The notes under the pieces: generated by a model
Told to the model about the DNA's origin: nothing
Seen by the model: only the letters and a program-made list of their open reading frames with translations
Databases searched by the model: none
From: Candidatus Saccharimonadota bacterium
Lineage (GTDB): Bacteria; Patescibacteriota; Microgenomatia; UBA1406; GWC2-37-13
DNA: 32,000 nucleotides
Reading direction: 5' to 3'
NCBI GenBank assembly: GCA_016700135.1
Contig: CP065004.1
Location: 1,080,001 to 1,112,000, forward strand
Part shown: piece after piece, positions 1 through 7,427 of the stretch
Layout of the letters: each line of letters begins with the position of its first letter
Position numbering within the stretch: the stretch's first letter is position 1
Made by a program: the position numbers and the translations under genes

Positions 1-1111
1 CGGTGTTGAGTATATCGGTACTGTTTTGGCTACTGTTTCCGTTGTTTGCAATCGTTGTGCTGTTGTCGTTTGCATCTGCTTTCATGTCTACATATACCAG
101 TGCATCTCCGGTTTGAATTATTCCCGCACTTCCCGCAAGTCCGATATTGCGGTCAGCATGATTGTGCCCTGTATTTGCCATGCAGAGTGCTTGACCTGCT
201 CCGCAGCTTTGTGAGATGAGTGCAGAGTTACTGTTCCTTATCGTGGTCGAGCGTTGCTTCATCAATCTGGAAGCAAAGTCATTATTGTCTCCGGTGTTTA
301 CGAGGATGATAGATGCTCCGCTGCCCGGTCCGTTGCCATTACTGTCTCCCCCGATAAGGATGACACTTCCGTTTGCAGTCGCGAGAAAGTTGGTAGAGGT
401 ATATGCCGAACCTGTCAGTATAACTCCGGCACTCCCGCCGATACTGATGTTTCCGTCTGCGGTATTGTGTCCGGTATTAGCCTCAGTCTGAGCCTGCTGA
501 TTTATTACCGTTTCATTGTTATTGTTTACCATTGTTAACGTTGTATTTTGCGATGATGATGTCTTAGTCATACCGTTACCGGTATTAGTTGTATCGGAAG
601 AAGTATTTGAAGTAGCCCCTGAGTATCCAATGGATGTTGTATTTTTATTCGTATCTGCTTTTGCGGTTGTCTGAACTCCGGCATTCCCTGTCACAATAAT
701 TCCTGCATTACCGCCGAAACTGATATTTTTACCCGCTTCATTGTGTCCGGTATTGGCCGTTGCCGTCACCTGTTGATTGACGGCAGCTGTATTGTTGTTA
801 TCTACTGCAGTTTCGGATGTACTCTCTGATTGATTTGTTTCCGAAACGTTATCTCCTGTATTAACCGTCGTATTTGACTGCTCTTGAGTAGGTTGTGTGG
901 TTTCCTGTGTATTATTTTGTTCCTGATTTGAGGTTTGAAGTTCCTGTTGGGCCTGTGTTTGTATCTGTTCGGTCAGCGTATTCTTATCAGGAGGAGGGGT
1001 TTCTTCGGCCCAGGCGATGGGTAAAGGAAACAGAATCAAACTCAATGTAAGGTAACTAAATAAAGAGAATGAAACTGCTGTTCTGATAAATTTTGCTATA
1101 TGTATTTTCAT
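1..1111 (-). CDS. Secreted N/T/S/Q-rich repeat protein, partial (C-terminus lies beyond the left window edge)
   Basis: Absent from the ORF track because it runs off the edge. The reverse complement from the ATG (cat at 1109-1111) reads MKIHIAKFIRTAVSFSLFSYLTLSLILFPLPIAWA/EETPPPDKNTLTEQIQTQAQQELQ... and stays open down to position 1. It has a signal-peptide-like N-terminus with an AWA cleavage motif, followed by spaced ANTGHN..GGxAGxIxTG modules. Confidence 0.7.
   Translation of the reverse strand, partial: MKIHIAKFIRTAVSFSLFSYLTLSLILFPLPIAWAEETPPPDKNTLTEQIQTQAQQELQTSNQEQNNTQETTQPTQEQSNTTVNTGDNVSETNQSESTSETAVDNNNTAAVNQQVTATANTGHNEAGKNISFGGNAGIIVTGNAGVQTTAKADTNKNTTSIGYSGATSNTSSDTTNTGNGMTKTSSSQNTTLTMVNNNNETVINQQAQTEANTGHNTADGNISIGGSAGVILTGSAYTSTNFLATANGSVILIGGDSNGNGPGSGASIILVNTGDNNDFASRLMKQRSTTIRNSNSALISQSCGAGQALCMANTGHNHADRNIGLAGSAGIIQTGDALVYVDMKADANDNSTTIANNGNSSQNSTDILNT
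101..178 (-). repeat. Intragenic repeat module 3 (ANTGHNHADRNIGLAGSAGIIQTGDA)
   Basis: Hand translation of the minus strand; same motif as modules 1 and 2. Confidence 0.6.
404..481 (-). repeat. Intragenic repeat module 2 (ANTGHNTADGNISIGGSAGVILTGSA)
   Basis: Hand translation of the minus strand; same motif as module 1. Confidence 0.6.
681..757 (-). repeat. Intragenic repeat module 1 (ANTGHNEAGKNISFGGNAGIIVTGNA)
   Basis: Hand translation of the minus strand. The module recurs about 277 and 303 nt further into the gene. Confidence 0.6.
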
Positions 1112-1230
1112 AATAAATAACAAAGCTATTTACAAATTTTGTTATGGGGTAATCATAAGGTTGCTTCATAAAGATAGTGAAAGACTCTTATAAAAAAACA
1201 GTAAGGAAGTGAATGATAACTGATCCAAGG

Positions 1231-2295
1231 CTATGAAATGAGTTCAATAGTCTTACGAAAGACTTCATCAACAGTTACGGAACTGACATATGATTTCATA
1301 TGACCGCACGATTCAATTTCATTCAGCGGAATTTGAGAATCACGATCAAAAAGCGGTTGCCGACATACTTCACATTCCTGAATCCATGAGATAGCAGTGC
1401 GGTTTGTTGACCTTGTGACCGGAGACCAGTGGATCATGTTCGGGAACCAATAGATTCCGATCGTCGGTATCCCGATCGCACGGGCGAGATGCATTGGTCC
1501 GGTGTCGTTGGATATTACTGCTCGGGTTTGCTTGAGAACTCCGATAAGGGCTCTCAATGATAGTTTTCCGCACAGATTGACGGCCTGATGTTTCATCGCT
1601 TTTTGCACTTCAGTTATGATGTTTTCCTCAGATATAGTACCTGTAAGAACGATTTCATATCCTTCTTCATATAACCGATCTCCTAATTGAGCGTAGGAAT
1701 CAGCCGGCCAGATTCTTCGACTGTCACTTGCTCCGGTGTGAAGTACCACATATGGAGAGTTTATTCCTCTGATAAACTCCGTTGCTTCACGGTAATCTTC
1801 TTCAATTGTCGGAATCTTCGGGTCTATCGCTACAGGAGATGCTCCGGCCAGTGACACTACTTCAAGATATCGGTGAACTTCATGCTGATACAGCCGATAC
1901 GGAATTGTTTTATCAAGATCGGGGGCATCATCGGTTTTCATTCCGATTGTATAGTTCGCGCCCAGCCTCTTTACAAAAGGGTTAGAGTTTCTACCGCCGC
2001 CGTGCAGTTGGATAGCCAGATCATATCGTTTCTTCTGCATTTCTGAAAAAAAGGCTTCCTGTTTTACTATATCTTCAATCTTTGCAGGATCATCATATAC
2101 ACCCGGAAAAACCGGTACGGAAATGACTGAGTTGAAAGGAAACGGGCGTTTTTCAGCGAGTTCATGCATCCAAGGGCGCGCCAAAAGATCAATGTGTGCA
2201 TCAGGAAAATGAGCACGAAGTGCATATAATGCCGGAAGTGCCACAATAAAGTCACCGAGTGATATTGCCCGTAATACCGCAATACGCTGCGTCAT
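1231..2295 (-). CDS. Glycosyltransferase family 9 (heptosyltransferase-like) with a Cys/His-containing C-terminal tail
   Basis: The N-terminal RIAVLRAISLGDFIVALPALYALRAHFPDAHIDLL and the later SNDTGPMHLARAIGIPTIGIY resemble the two conserved GT9 regions. The tail QECEVCRQPLFDRDSQIPLNEIESCGHMK has the pattern CxxC-x18-CxH. Confidence 0.8.
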   Translation of the reverse strand: MTQRIAVLRAISLGDFIVALPALYALRAHFPDAHIDLLARPWMHELAEKRPFPFNSVISVPVFPGVYDDPAKIEDIVKQEAFFSEMQKKRYDLAIQLHGGGRNSNPFVKRLGANYTIGMKTDDAPDLDKTIPYRLYQHEVHRYLEVVSLAGASPVAIDPKIPTIEEDYREATEFIRGINSPYVVLHTGASDSRRIWPADSYAQLGDRLYEEGYEIVLTGTISEENIITEVQKAMKHQAVNLCGKLSLRALIGVLKQTRAVISNDTGPMHLARAIGIPTIGIYWFPNMIHWSPVTRSTNRTAISWIQECEVCRQPLFDRDSQIPLNEIESCGHMKSYVSSVTVDEVFRKTIELIS

Positions 2296-2425
2296 GAATA
2301 TATATTTACAAACTTCCAGAAGACTTTGTTGCTATTTCCCATATTTAAGTAATTGAACTTGTTTGAGGTATAATGTAGCGTTTGATTATTAATTTTGATT
2401 GAGAACAAGGTAAAAATCACGTAAT

Positions 2426-2626
2426 ATGTCAGAATTTATCCAAACCGAGCCCCAACTTACTGTAGCTGACGAGATTGAACTTCTTGCCGGGGTGCATTTA
2501 TCATTTCTTTACCTCTCCTTTGAAGTAGCATCAGGTCAAATCCCGTATGACGTTTTGGAAGAAAGACTGGATATACTCGAATCTTTATACGCACGGATTG
2601 ATGAATCGTTATTGAATACGATGTGA
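2426..2626 (+). CDS. Small acidic hypothetical protein (66 aa)
   Basis: ORF only; no recognisable motif; sits in otherwise empty intergenic space. Confidence 0.35.
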   Translation: MSEFIQTEPQLTVADEIELLAGVHLSFLYLSFEVASGQIPYDVLEERLDILESLYARIDESLLNTM

Positions 2627-2649
2627 TGTGAAGATGAGGGGGTGAAGGG

Positions 2650-2724
2650 CGGAACCGACGGGACTTGAACCCGCAACCTCTTCCGTGACAGGGAAGCGCT
2701 CTAACCAAATTGAGCTACGGCTCC
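2650..2724 (-). tRNA. tRNA-Asp (anticodon GTC)
   Basis: The minus strand reads GGAGCCG TA GCTC AATTTGGTTA GAGC G CTTCC CTGTCAC GGAAG AGGTT GCGGG TTCAAGT CCCGT CGGTTCC G. This folds into a full cloverleaf. No CCA is encoded. Confidence 0.9.
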
Positions 2725-2732
2725 TTTCAGGA

Positions 2733-4034
2733 CTAGACTATTTTACCAAATAGTTCTCCATTCCGATAGTCATATATTCTAACATTCTTTAGATCTCCTG
2801 TGAAGTCCTTTTCGGTCTTTACTCGGACAAGCATCTGGTTGGTGAGAAGGCCGTGCTGATAGTCCCCTTCTCTCCGTTCCAGTATCAGCGTTTCGAATGT
2901 TTTCCCGACATGTATCTCCTGGAATGCAGCATATTTCTTATCGGAAAGGTCTCTCAAACGCTGTGATCGTGCTTTCTTTACAGCCGGTGAGGGTTGTTTC
3001 AGCCTTTTGCTGAGATAATAAGCAGCCGTATGTTCGCGTCGTGAAAATCTGAATACATGGAACCGTGATATCGGTGTTTTTTCCAGAAAAGAGTAAGTAT
3101 CCTCAAAATCCTGATCGGTTTCTTCTAAAAATCCCACTATTACGTCCGTTCCTATGAATGCGAACTCATTTATGTCTTTGAGCATGTTCAGCTTCTCAAT
3201 AAATTCATCTCTCGTGTAACCCCGTTTCATGAGCTTGAGCATATTATCTGAACCTGCCTGAAGCGGAATATGGAAAAAATCTACAAACCGATTCGATTGA
3301 GCGTATTTTCGGTACAAATTGAAAAAATCGTCCTGAAAGGTCCAGGGATGTATCGAACCGAAGCTAATTCTCGAAATATCAGTTTTCGTTAGGATTGTCT
3401 CGACGAGATCAACAAACGTTTCTCCCGTATCCCGGCCGTATGCTTCAGTATTTATTGCCGTCAAAATAGCCTCAACATACTCAGGGTACGAGTGGATTTG
3501 TTTGACAATATCCTCTATTTTAGTTGACTGCGGCAATCCACGGAGATAAGGTACGATACAAAAACTGCAAAACCGATGACAGCCGTCCTGAATTTTGATA
3601 ATGACTCGCTTTGAACGCATAAATTTGTCCGTAGCGGTGCTTTCCGTTGGTTCATCGAAGGTTTTGACTGGTTCTACCTGAGGGAACTCAATTTTATGAT
3701 TATATTTCTTCTCCAAGAGCTCAGCAATAAGTTCTTTGCTTTTATTGTCAATCAGATAGTCAACTCCGCCTACTTTTGTGTTCGTTTTTGACCAATTGGT
3801 CGCTGCACAGCCCGTCACAACAATCTTTGTGTCCGGAAACTGTCTTTTTAGGTTGTAAATATGCTTTCTCGCCTCTCGTTCGGCCTTGTGCGTCACCGAG
3901 CAGGTATTGAGGATATAAATATCAGGCTGTTTTGACTGTTTTTCATATCCTTTTTGCATAAGTTCACGGTCAAGAGCCTCCATTTCTGCCTGATTTACCC
4001 TGCATCCGAAGCTAAAACTATCAAAGGTTTTCAT
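2733..4034 (-). CDS. mtaB: Radical-SAM tRNA methylthiotransferase, MiaB/MtaB family (MtaB-like)
   Basis: N-terminal FGCRVNQAEMEAL is an MtaB-type UPF0004 motif. Radical-SAM CxxxCxxC motif in QDGCHRFCSFCIVPYLRG. The C-terminus is TRAM-like. Confidence 0.8.
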   Translation of the reverse strand: MKTFDSFSFGCRVNQAEMEALDRELMQKGYEKQSKQPDIYILNTCSVTHKAEREARKHIYNLKRQFPDTKIVVTGCAATNWSKTNTKVGGVDYLIDNKSKELIAELLEKKYNHKIEFPQVEPVKTFDEPTESTATDKFMRSKRVIIKIQDGCHRFCSFCIVPYLRGLPQSTKIEDIVKQIHSYPEYVEAILTAINTEAYGRDTGETFVDLVETILTKTDISRISFGSIHPWTFQDDFFNLYRKYAQSNRFVDFFHIPLQAGSDNMLKLMKRGYTRDEFIEKLNMLKDINEFAFIGTDVIVGFLEETDQDFEDTYSFLEKTPISRFHVFRFSRREHTAAYYLSKRLKQPSPAVKKARSQRLRDLSDKKYAAFQEIHVGKTFETLILERREGDYQHGLLTNQMLVRVKTEKDFTGDLKNVRIYDYRNGELFGKIV

Positions 4035-4172
4035 ATTGGTATTTTATCACAGAAGGCTCTTTTTGACCTCAAGCATTGTGTTCCTAAATACAAACATATA
4101 TTGTTGCATCAGTCTAAACACCCTATATACATATTTGTGAAGTACCTAATATAAGTCATATAAATAATATAC

Positions 4173-4200
4173 TTGACAAACCTATAATATGTGATATAAT
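4173..4200 (+). promoter_or_regulatory. Sigma70-like promoter: TTGACA, 16-nt spacer, TGaTATAAT
   Basis: TTGACA at 4173-4178, extended -10 TG at 4192-4193, TATAAT at 4195-4200. Confidence 0.55.
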
Positions 4201-4209
4201 TATTCTAAG

Positions 4210-4253
4210 ATGCTAAGGTTTTTCTCCCTAACGAAAAACTTTAGCATTTTTTT
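4210..4253 (+). promoter_or_regulatory. Terminator-like 5' leader hairpin (14-bp stem, 10-nt loop, U-tract) ending at the start codon
   Basis: ATGCTAAGGTTTTT (4210-4223) pairs with AAAAACTTTAGCAT (4234-4247), with one G-U pair. TTTTTT follows at 4248-4253, then the ATG at 4254. Confidence 0.55.
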
Positions 4254-4817
4254 ATGGTAAAAAACATAGCAGTATTACTATTACTTATAGTACTATTGAT
4301 CTTACCAAATACCGTTCGTGCAGAGCAAATTGCAGGAACGTCTGCAAAGCTTGTTACTGCAGAAACCACTGATGACCGTGTCGACCAGTATGTCGAACGG
4401 AATCTTCAGAAATCAGTCATTCGGGAGGTTCTTGAAAGCAAGAAATCACCTCTTGTTACTGAAGTAGATGCGTTTATGGACGCATGTACGACATACGAGA
4501 TTGACTGTTATCTTCTTCCCTCTATTGCCGGACTTGAATCCTCGTTCGGTAAGCATCTTATTCCTGAATCTCACAACCCGTTCGGTTGGGGCGGCGGACA
4601 TATTTATTTTGATTCATGGAGTGACGCATTTCACGCCGTCGCTAAGGGTCTGAAAAACAACTATATCGGACGCGGAGCGGAAACTATTGAAGAAATAGGT
4701 CCTATCTATGCCGCGAGTCCGACATGGGCAGTCCGTGTACGATCAATTCACAATGAATTTGAGCGTCGTGAAGCTGATAAGAAACTCTACTACGCAAAGC
4801 TTGCTATGAGTCTGTAA
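4254..4817 (+). CDS. Secreted glucosaminidase-like peptidoglycan hydrolase domain protein
   Basis: Signal peptide MVKNIAVLLLLIVLLILPNTVRA. AGLESSFGKHLIPESHNPFGWGG resembles the LESxxG...N-x-FG motif of the LytD/FlgJ-type glucosaminidase domain. Paralog of the gene at 6813-7388. Confidence 0.55.
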   Translation: MVKNIAVLLLLIVLLILPNTVRAEQIAGTSAKLVTAETTDDRVDQYVERNLQKSVIREVLESKKSPLVTEVDAFMDACTTYEIDCYLLPSIAGLESSFGKHLIPESHNPFGWGGGHIYFDSWSDAFHAVAKGLKNNYIGRGAETIEEIGPIYAASPTWAVRVRSIHNEFERREADKKLYYAKLAMSL

Positions 4818-4905
4818 GAATCGAGCCTGTTCCGTCACGCTTCGCTTCTCTCACGTGTTATAATATCACCGTTGACTTTATCATTTATCAATATTGAGTA
4901 CTACT

Positions 4906-5775
4906 ATGTATACGTTTGCCCGAAAAAATCTTCCTAAAAATACCGTTGAATTGACTGTGAAAGTCCCCTGGGAAGACATTAAGAAAGAATATGATTCTTC
5001 ATTTGAGATCATTCGGAAAGACCTGAAAGTTGAAGGTTTCCGCAAAGGAAAAGCACCGAAAAATATCGCCGAATCAAAAATTCAAAAAGACGTGGTGTAT
5101 GAACACTTACTTCGTTCTTATATTCCCCGTGTATACTCTGAAATTCTGAAAAAAGAAGATGTCCGACCGATCATTTCACCGAAAGTTGAACTCACAAAAG
5201 CAAAAGAAAATGAGGAATGGGAAATCAAAATGACAACGGCGACAACTCCGGATATCAAACTCAATAACTATAAGGAAAAAGTCAAAAAAGCAAAGGAGAA
5301 CGTCAAAAAATCAGATATATGGGTCCCGGGTAAGGATAAAGAACCGACCGAAGAAGACAAGGAAAAGCAACGTCAGGCAGAGTTTCAGGCTGCACTTGAA
5401 GCACTTCTTTCTGAGGCAACAGTTGAGATTTCTGATCTTGTCATCGAGGAAGAAGCCAATCAGCGGCTTTCCAAGCTTGTTGACGACGTACAACGGGTCG
5501 GTCTGACAATGGAATCTTATCTCAAATCCAAGAATCTGACAAAAGAACAGATAATGGATCAGATCAAAAAAGAGATAGAAGATACATACAAAATGGAATT
5601 CCTCTTGCAGAAAATTGCAGATGAGGAGAAAATAAATGTGGAACAGGCGGAGTTAGATACAATTTTTGCAGGCATCAAGGATGAGAAGGAAAAGCAGGCA
5701 GTACAGGGAAATATGTACTATTATGCATCTCTCATGAGAAAACAGAAGACCCTTGATTACATAAATAGCCTGTAG
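4906..5775 (+). CDS. tig: Trigger factor, short form lacking the PPIase domain
   Basis: The N-terminal ribosome-binding domain carries the GFRKGKAP signature, and a C-terminal chaperone-arm-like region follows (LTMESYLKSKNLTKEQIMDQIKKE...). The track start at 4894 is TTG; the first ATG is at 4906. Confidence 0.8.
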   Translation: MYTFARKNLPKNTVELTVKVPWEDIKKEYDSSFEIIRKDLKVEGFRKGKAPKNIAESKIQKDVVYEHLLRSYIPRVYSEILKKEDVRPIISPKVELTKAKENEEWEIKMTTATTPDIKLNNYKEKVKKAKENVKKSDIWVPGKDKEPTEEDKEKQRQAEFQAALEALLSEATVEISDLVIEEEANQRLSKLVDDVQRVGLTMESYLKSKNLTKEQIMDQIKKEIEDTYKMEFLLQKIADEEKINVEQAELDTIFAGIKDEKEKQAVQGNMYYYASLMRKQKTLDYINSL

Positions 5776-5787
5776 TATAATAAGAGC

Positions 5788-6423
5788 ATGGCATTTGGCA
5801 GCTCAAAAAACACAAACAGACCTGCTAAACAGGTCAAAGGCGAAAGCCTTGAGCGTGAAAAAAGTTCCTCTATAGGCGGTTCTGTCTCCTCTTTGTCCAA
5901 AGATACGGTAAATAAAGTGGGTGAAGCATTCGGAGATATCGGAAAAGGTATTTTTGAACAGCTGCTTCAGCAGGAACACCTCGAATACGCACCGGAAAAA
6001 CCGCAGGAACAGCCTGAACAAAAAGGAACCTTCAATCCTGAACGCGGAACAATCTTCAGTTTCCGTCAGATCGAAGAAGAACGTCAGATCTCCGAAATAA
6101 AAGAACTCATAAAAGCGATCAAGCAGGAAGTTGAAAGCATTAAAAAAGCGGATTCAGCCCTTATGAGTGAAGTAAAAGATATCGAAAAACTGACTATTGA
6201 TACACTGCCTGAAAAACCCGGCATTTATCATGTCCGATTCCTGGAGATTGTTTTGAAAGTACTTCAGACATTGAAGCTCAAAATCAGTGAATCAGGAACA
6301 TGGATGGAAGCCTTGAAATCGAAAAAAGCAAAGAGAGGTTCGGCTTTTGCCGCAAATACGAAGAAAAAAGGAACTCAGTACTCCATGTCTCAGGAACTCT
6401 CCAACGCACGCAATGTGCAATAA
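5788..6423 (+). CDS. Hypothetical protein, charged and coiled-coil-like
   Basis: ORF only. TATAAT at 5776-5781 lies 6 nt upstream of the ATG. Confidence 0.5.
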   Translation: MAFGSSKNTNRPAKQVKGESLEREKSSSIGGSVSSLSKDTVNKVGEAFGDIGKGIFEQLLQQEHLEYAPEKPQEQPEQKGTFNPERGTIFSFRQIEEERQISEIKELIKAIKQEVESIKKADSALMSEVKDIEKLTIDTLPEKPGIYHVRFLEIVLKVLQTLKLKISESGTWMEALKSKKAKRGSAFAANTKKKGTQYSMSQELSNARNVQ

Positions 6424-6446
6424 GTCTATATTCTTCATTCATCAAT

Positions 6447-6473
6447 GTCATTCCCGTGAAAACGGGAATCCAG
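6447..6473. repeat. Palindromic repeat unit GTCATTCCCG-TGAAAA-CGGGAATCCAG (left flank of the GIY-YIG gene)
   Basis: Self-complementary ATTCCCG/CGGGAAT stem. It is the inverted partner of the unit at 6775-6802. Confidence 0.75.
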
Positions 6474-6767
6474 CTACTTTATTATTTCTTCATATAAATC
6501 TCTGCAATCAGGATTATTTCTCTCAATGAGTTCAAGTTTCCACGTTCTGTTCCATTTTTTTAATTGCTTCTCGCGTTTTATTGCAAGTGCTATTTGATTA
6601 TGTACTTCATAGTAAACTAAAACATTCACATCATAATCTGCCGTAAAGCCGCTGACTATCTTAGCCTTGTGTTGCCATATCCGTTTAATCAGGTCCGAAG
6701 TCACACCGATATATAATGTCCCGTTTCTTTTACTAGCAAGTATATATACATAGTAGCATTTATCCAT
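6474..6767 (-). CDS. GIY-YIG nuclease family protein (small stand-alone, UPF0213/YhbQ-like)
   Basis: YYVYILASKRNGTLYIGVTSDLIKRIWQHK is a classical GIY-(x10)-YIG arrangement. Confidence 0.85.
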   Translation of the reverse strand: MDKCYYVYILASKRNGTLYIGVTSDLIKRIWQHKAKIVSGFTADYDVNVLVYYEVHNQIALAIKREKQLKKWNRTWKLELIERNNPDCRDLYEEIIK

Positions 6768-6774
6768 ACTTTTT

Positions 6775-6802
6775 CTGGATTCCCGATCAAGTCGGGAATG
6801 AC
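6775..6802. repeat. Palindromic repeat unit CTGGATTCCCG-ATCAAGT-CGGGAATGAC (right flank of the GIY-YIG gene)
   Basis: Its reverse complement, GTCATTCCCGACTTGATCGGGAATCCAG, matches the arms of the left unit exactly; only the loop differs. Confidence 0.75.
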
Positions 6803-6812
6803 ACTCAAGTTT

Positions 6813-7388
6813 CTATTCTAAGACCCCCAAAACATGTCCTACTCCCCGTGCCCAGCTGCCGTTTGAACTCGGCGTATATTTTGCCATAATCTGCTCAGGC
6901 GTAGTCAGGCCTTTGTCTATGTAGTTTTTCTTCAAACCTTTGGCAATGGTTTCTATAGCATCAGGATAAGACTTGAATCGTGTAATTTTGTCGCCGTATA
7001 TCCCCCATCCCCAGCAGTTGTATGAGTTGTGAGGTATAAATTTGCAGGCGGTAGATTCCTGCATGGAAATGGCAGGAATAAGTCGATAATCAAGGCCGTA
7101 TTCGTCGGATACCTTGACGATAAAGTCTGCATGTTCATAAAGCGGCGAGTCATACTTTCGAAAAAATGCTTTTAGGACGGCAACTCTCTGATCCTTCACT
7201 CCCTCATCAATAAAATACTCAATTTCCTGATTTGAAAATTCATCTCCTGACAACTCAGAAAACTCCTGCAGTATGACGGTAATGTTTTTGTTTTTTATCG
7301 TTGTGACATGCACGTACTGAGATATCGCGATGTTGGCGGAGACGGTGATGACAAAAATTGCCATCATTACTCCGATTTTTTTAAGCAT
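6813..7388 (-). CDS. Membrane-anchored or secreted glucosaminidase-like protein (paralog of 4254-4817)
   Basis: PAISMQESTACKFIPHNSYNCWGWG and AKGLKKNYIDKG align with the 4254 protein. The track start at 7424 (TTG) is the TTG of a TTGACA -35 box. The ATG at 7388 (MLKKIGVMMAIFVITV...) lies 6 nt downstream of a TATAGT box. Confidence 0.55.
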   Translation of the reverse strand: MLKKIGVMMAIFVITVSANIAISQYVHVTTIKNKNITVILQEFSELSGDEFSNQEIEYFIDEGVKDQRVAVLKAFFRKYDSPLYEHADFIVKVSDEYGLDYRLIPAISMQESTACKFIPHNSYNCWGWGIYGDKITRFKSYPDAIETIAKGLKKNYIDKGLTTPEQIMAKYTPSSNGSWARGVGHVLGVLE

Positions 7389-7394
7389 AATTTC

Positions 7395-7424
7395 ACTATA
7401 TATTGCCTTAGAGATGTTTGTCAA
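7395..7424 (-). promoter_or_regulatory. Sigma70-like promoter: TTGACA, 18-nt spacer, TATAGT, then 6 nt to the ATG
   Basis: On the minus strand, TTGACA is at 7424-7419 and TATAGT at 7400-7395. The ATG is at 7388. Confidence 0.5.
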
Positions 7425-7427
7425 ACT

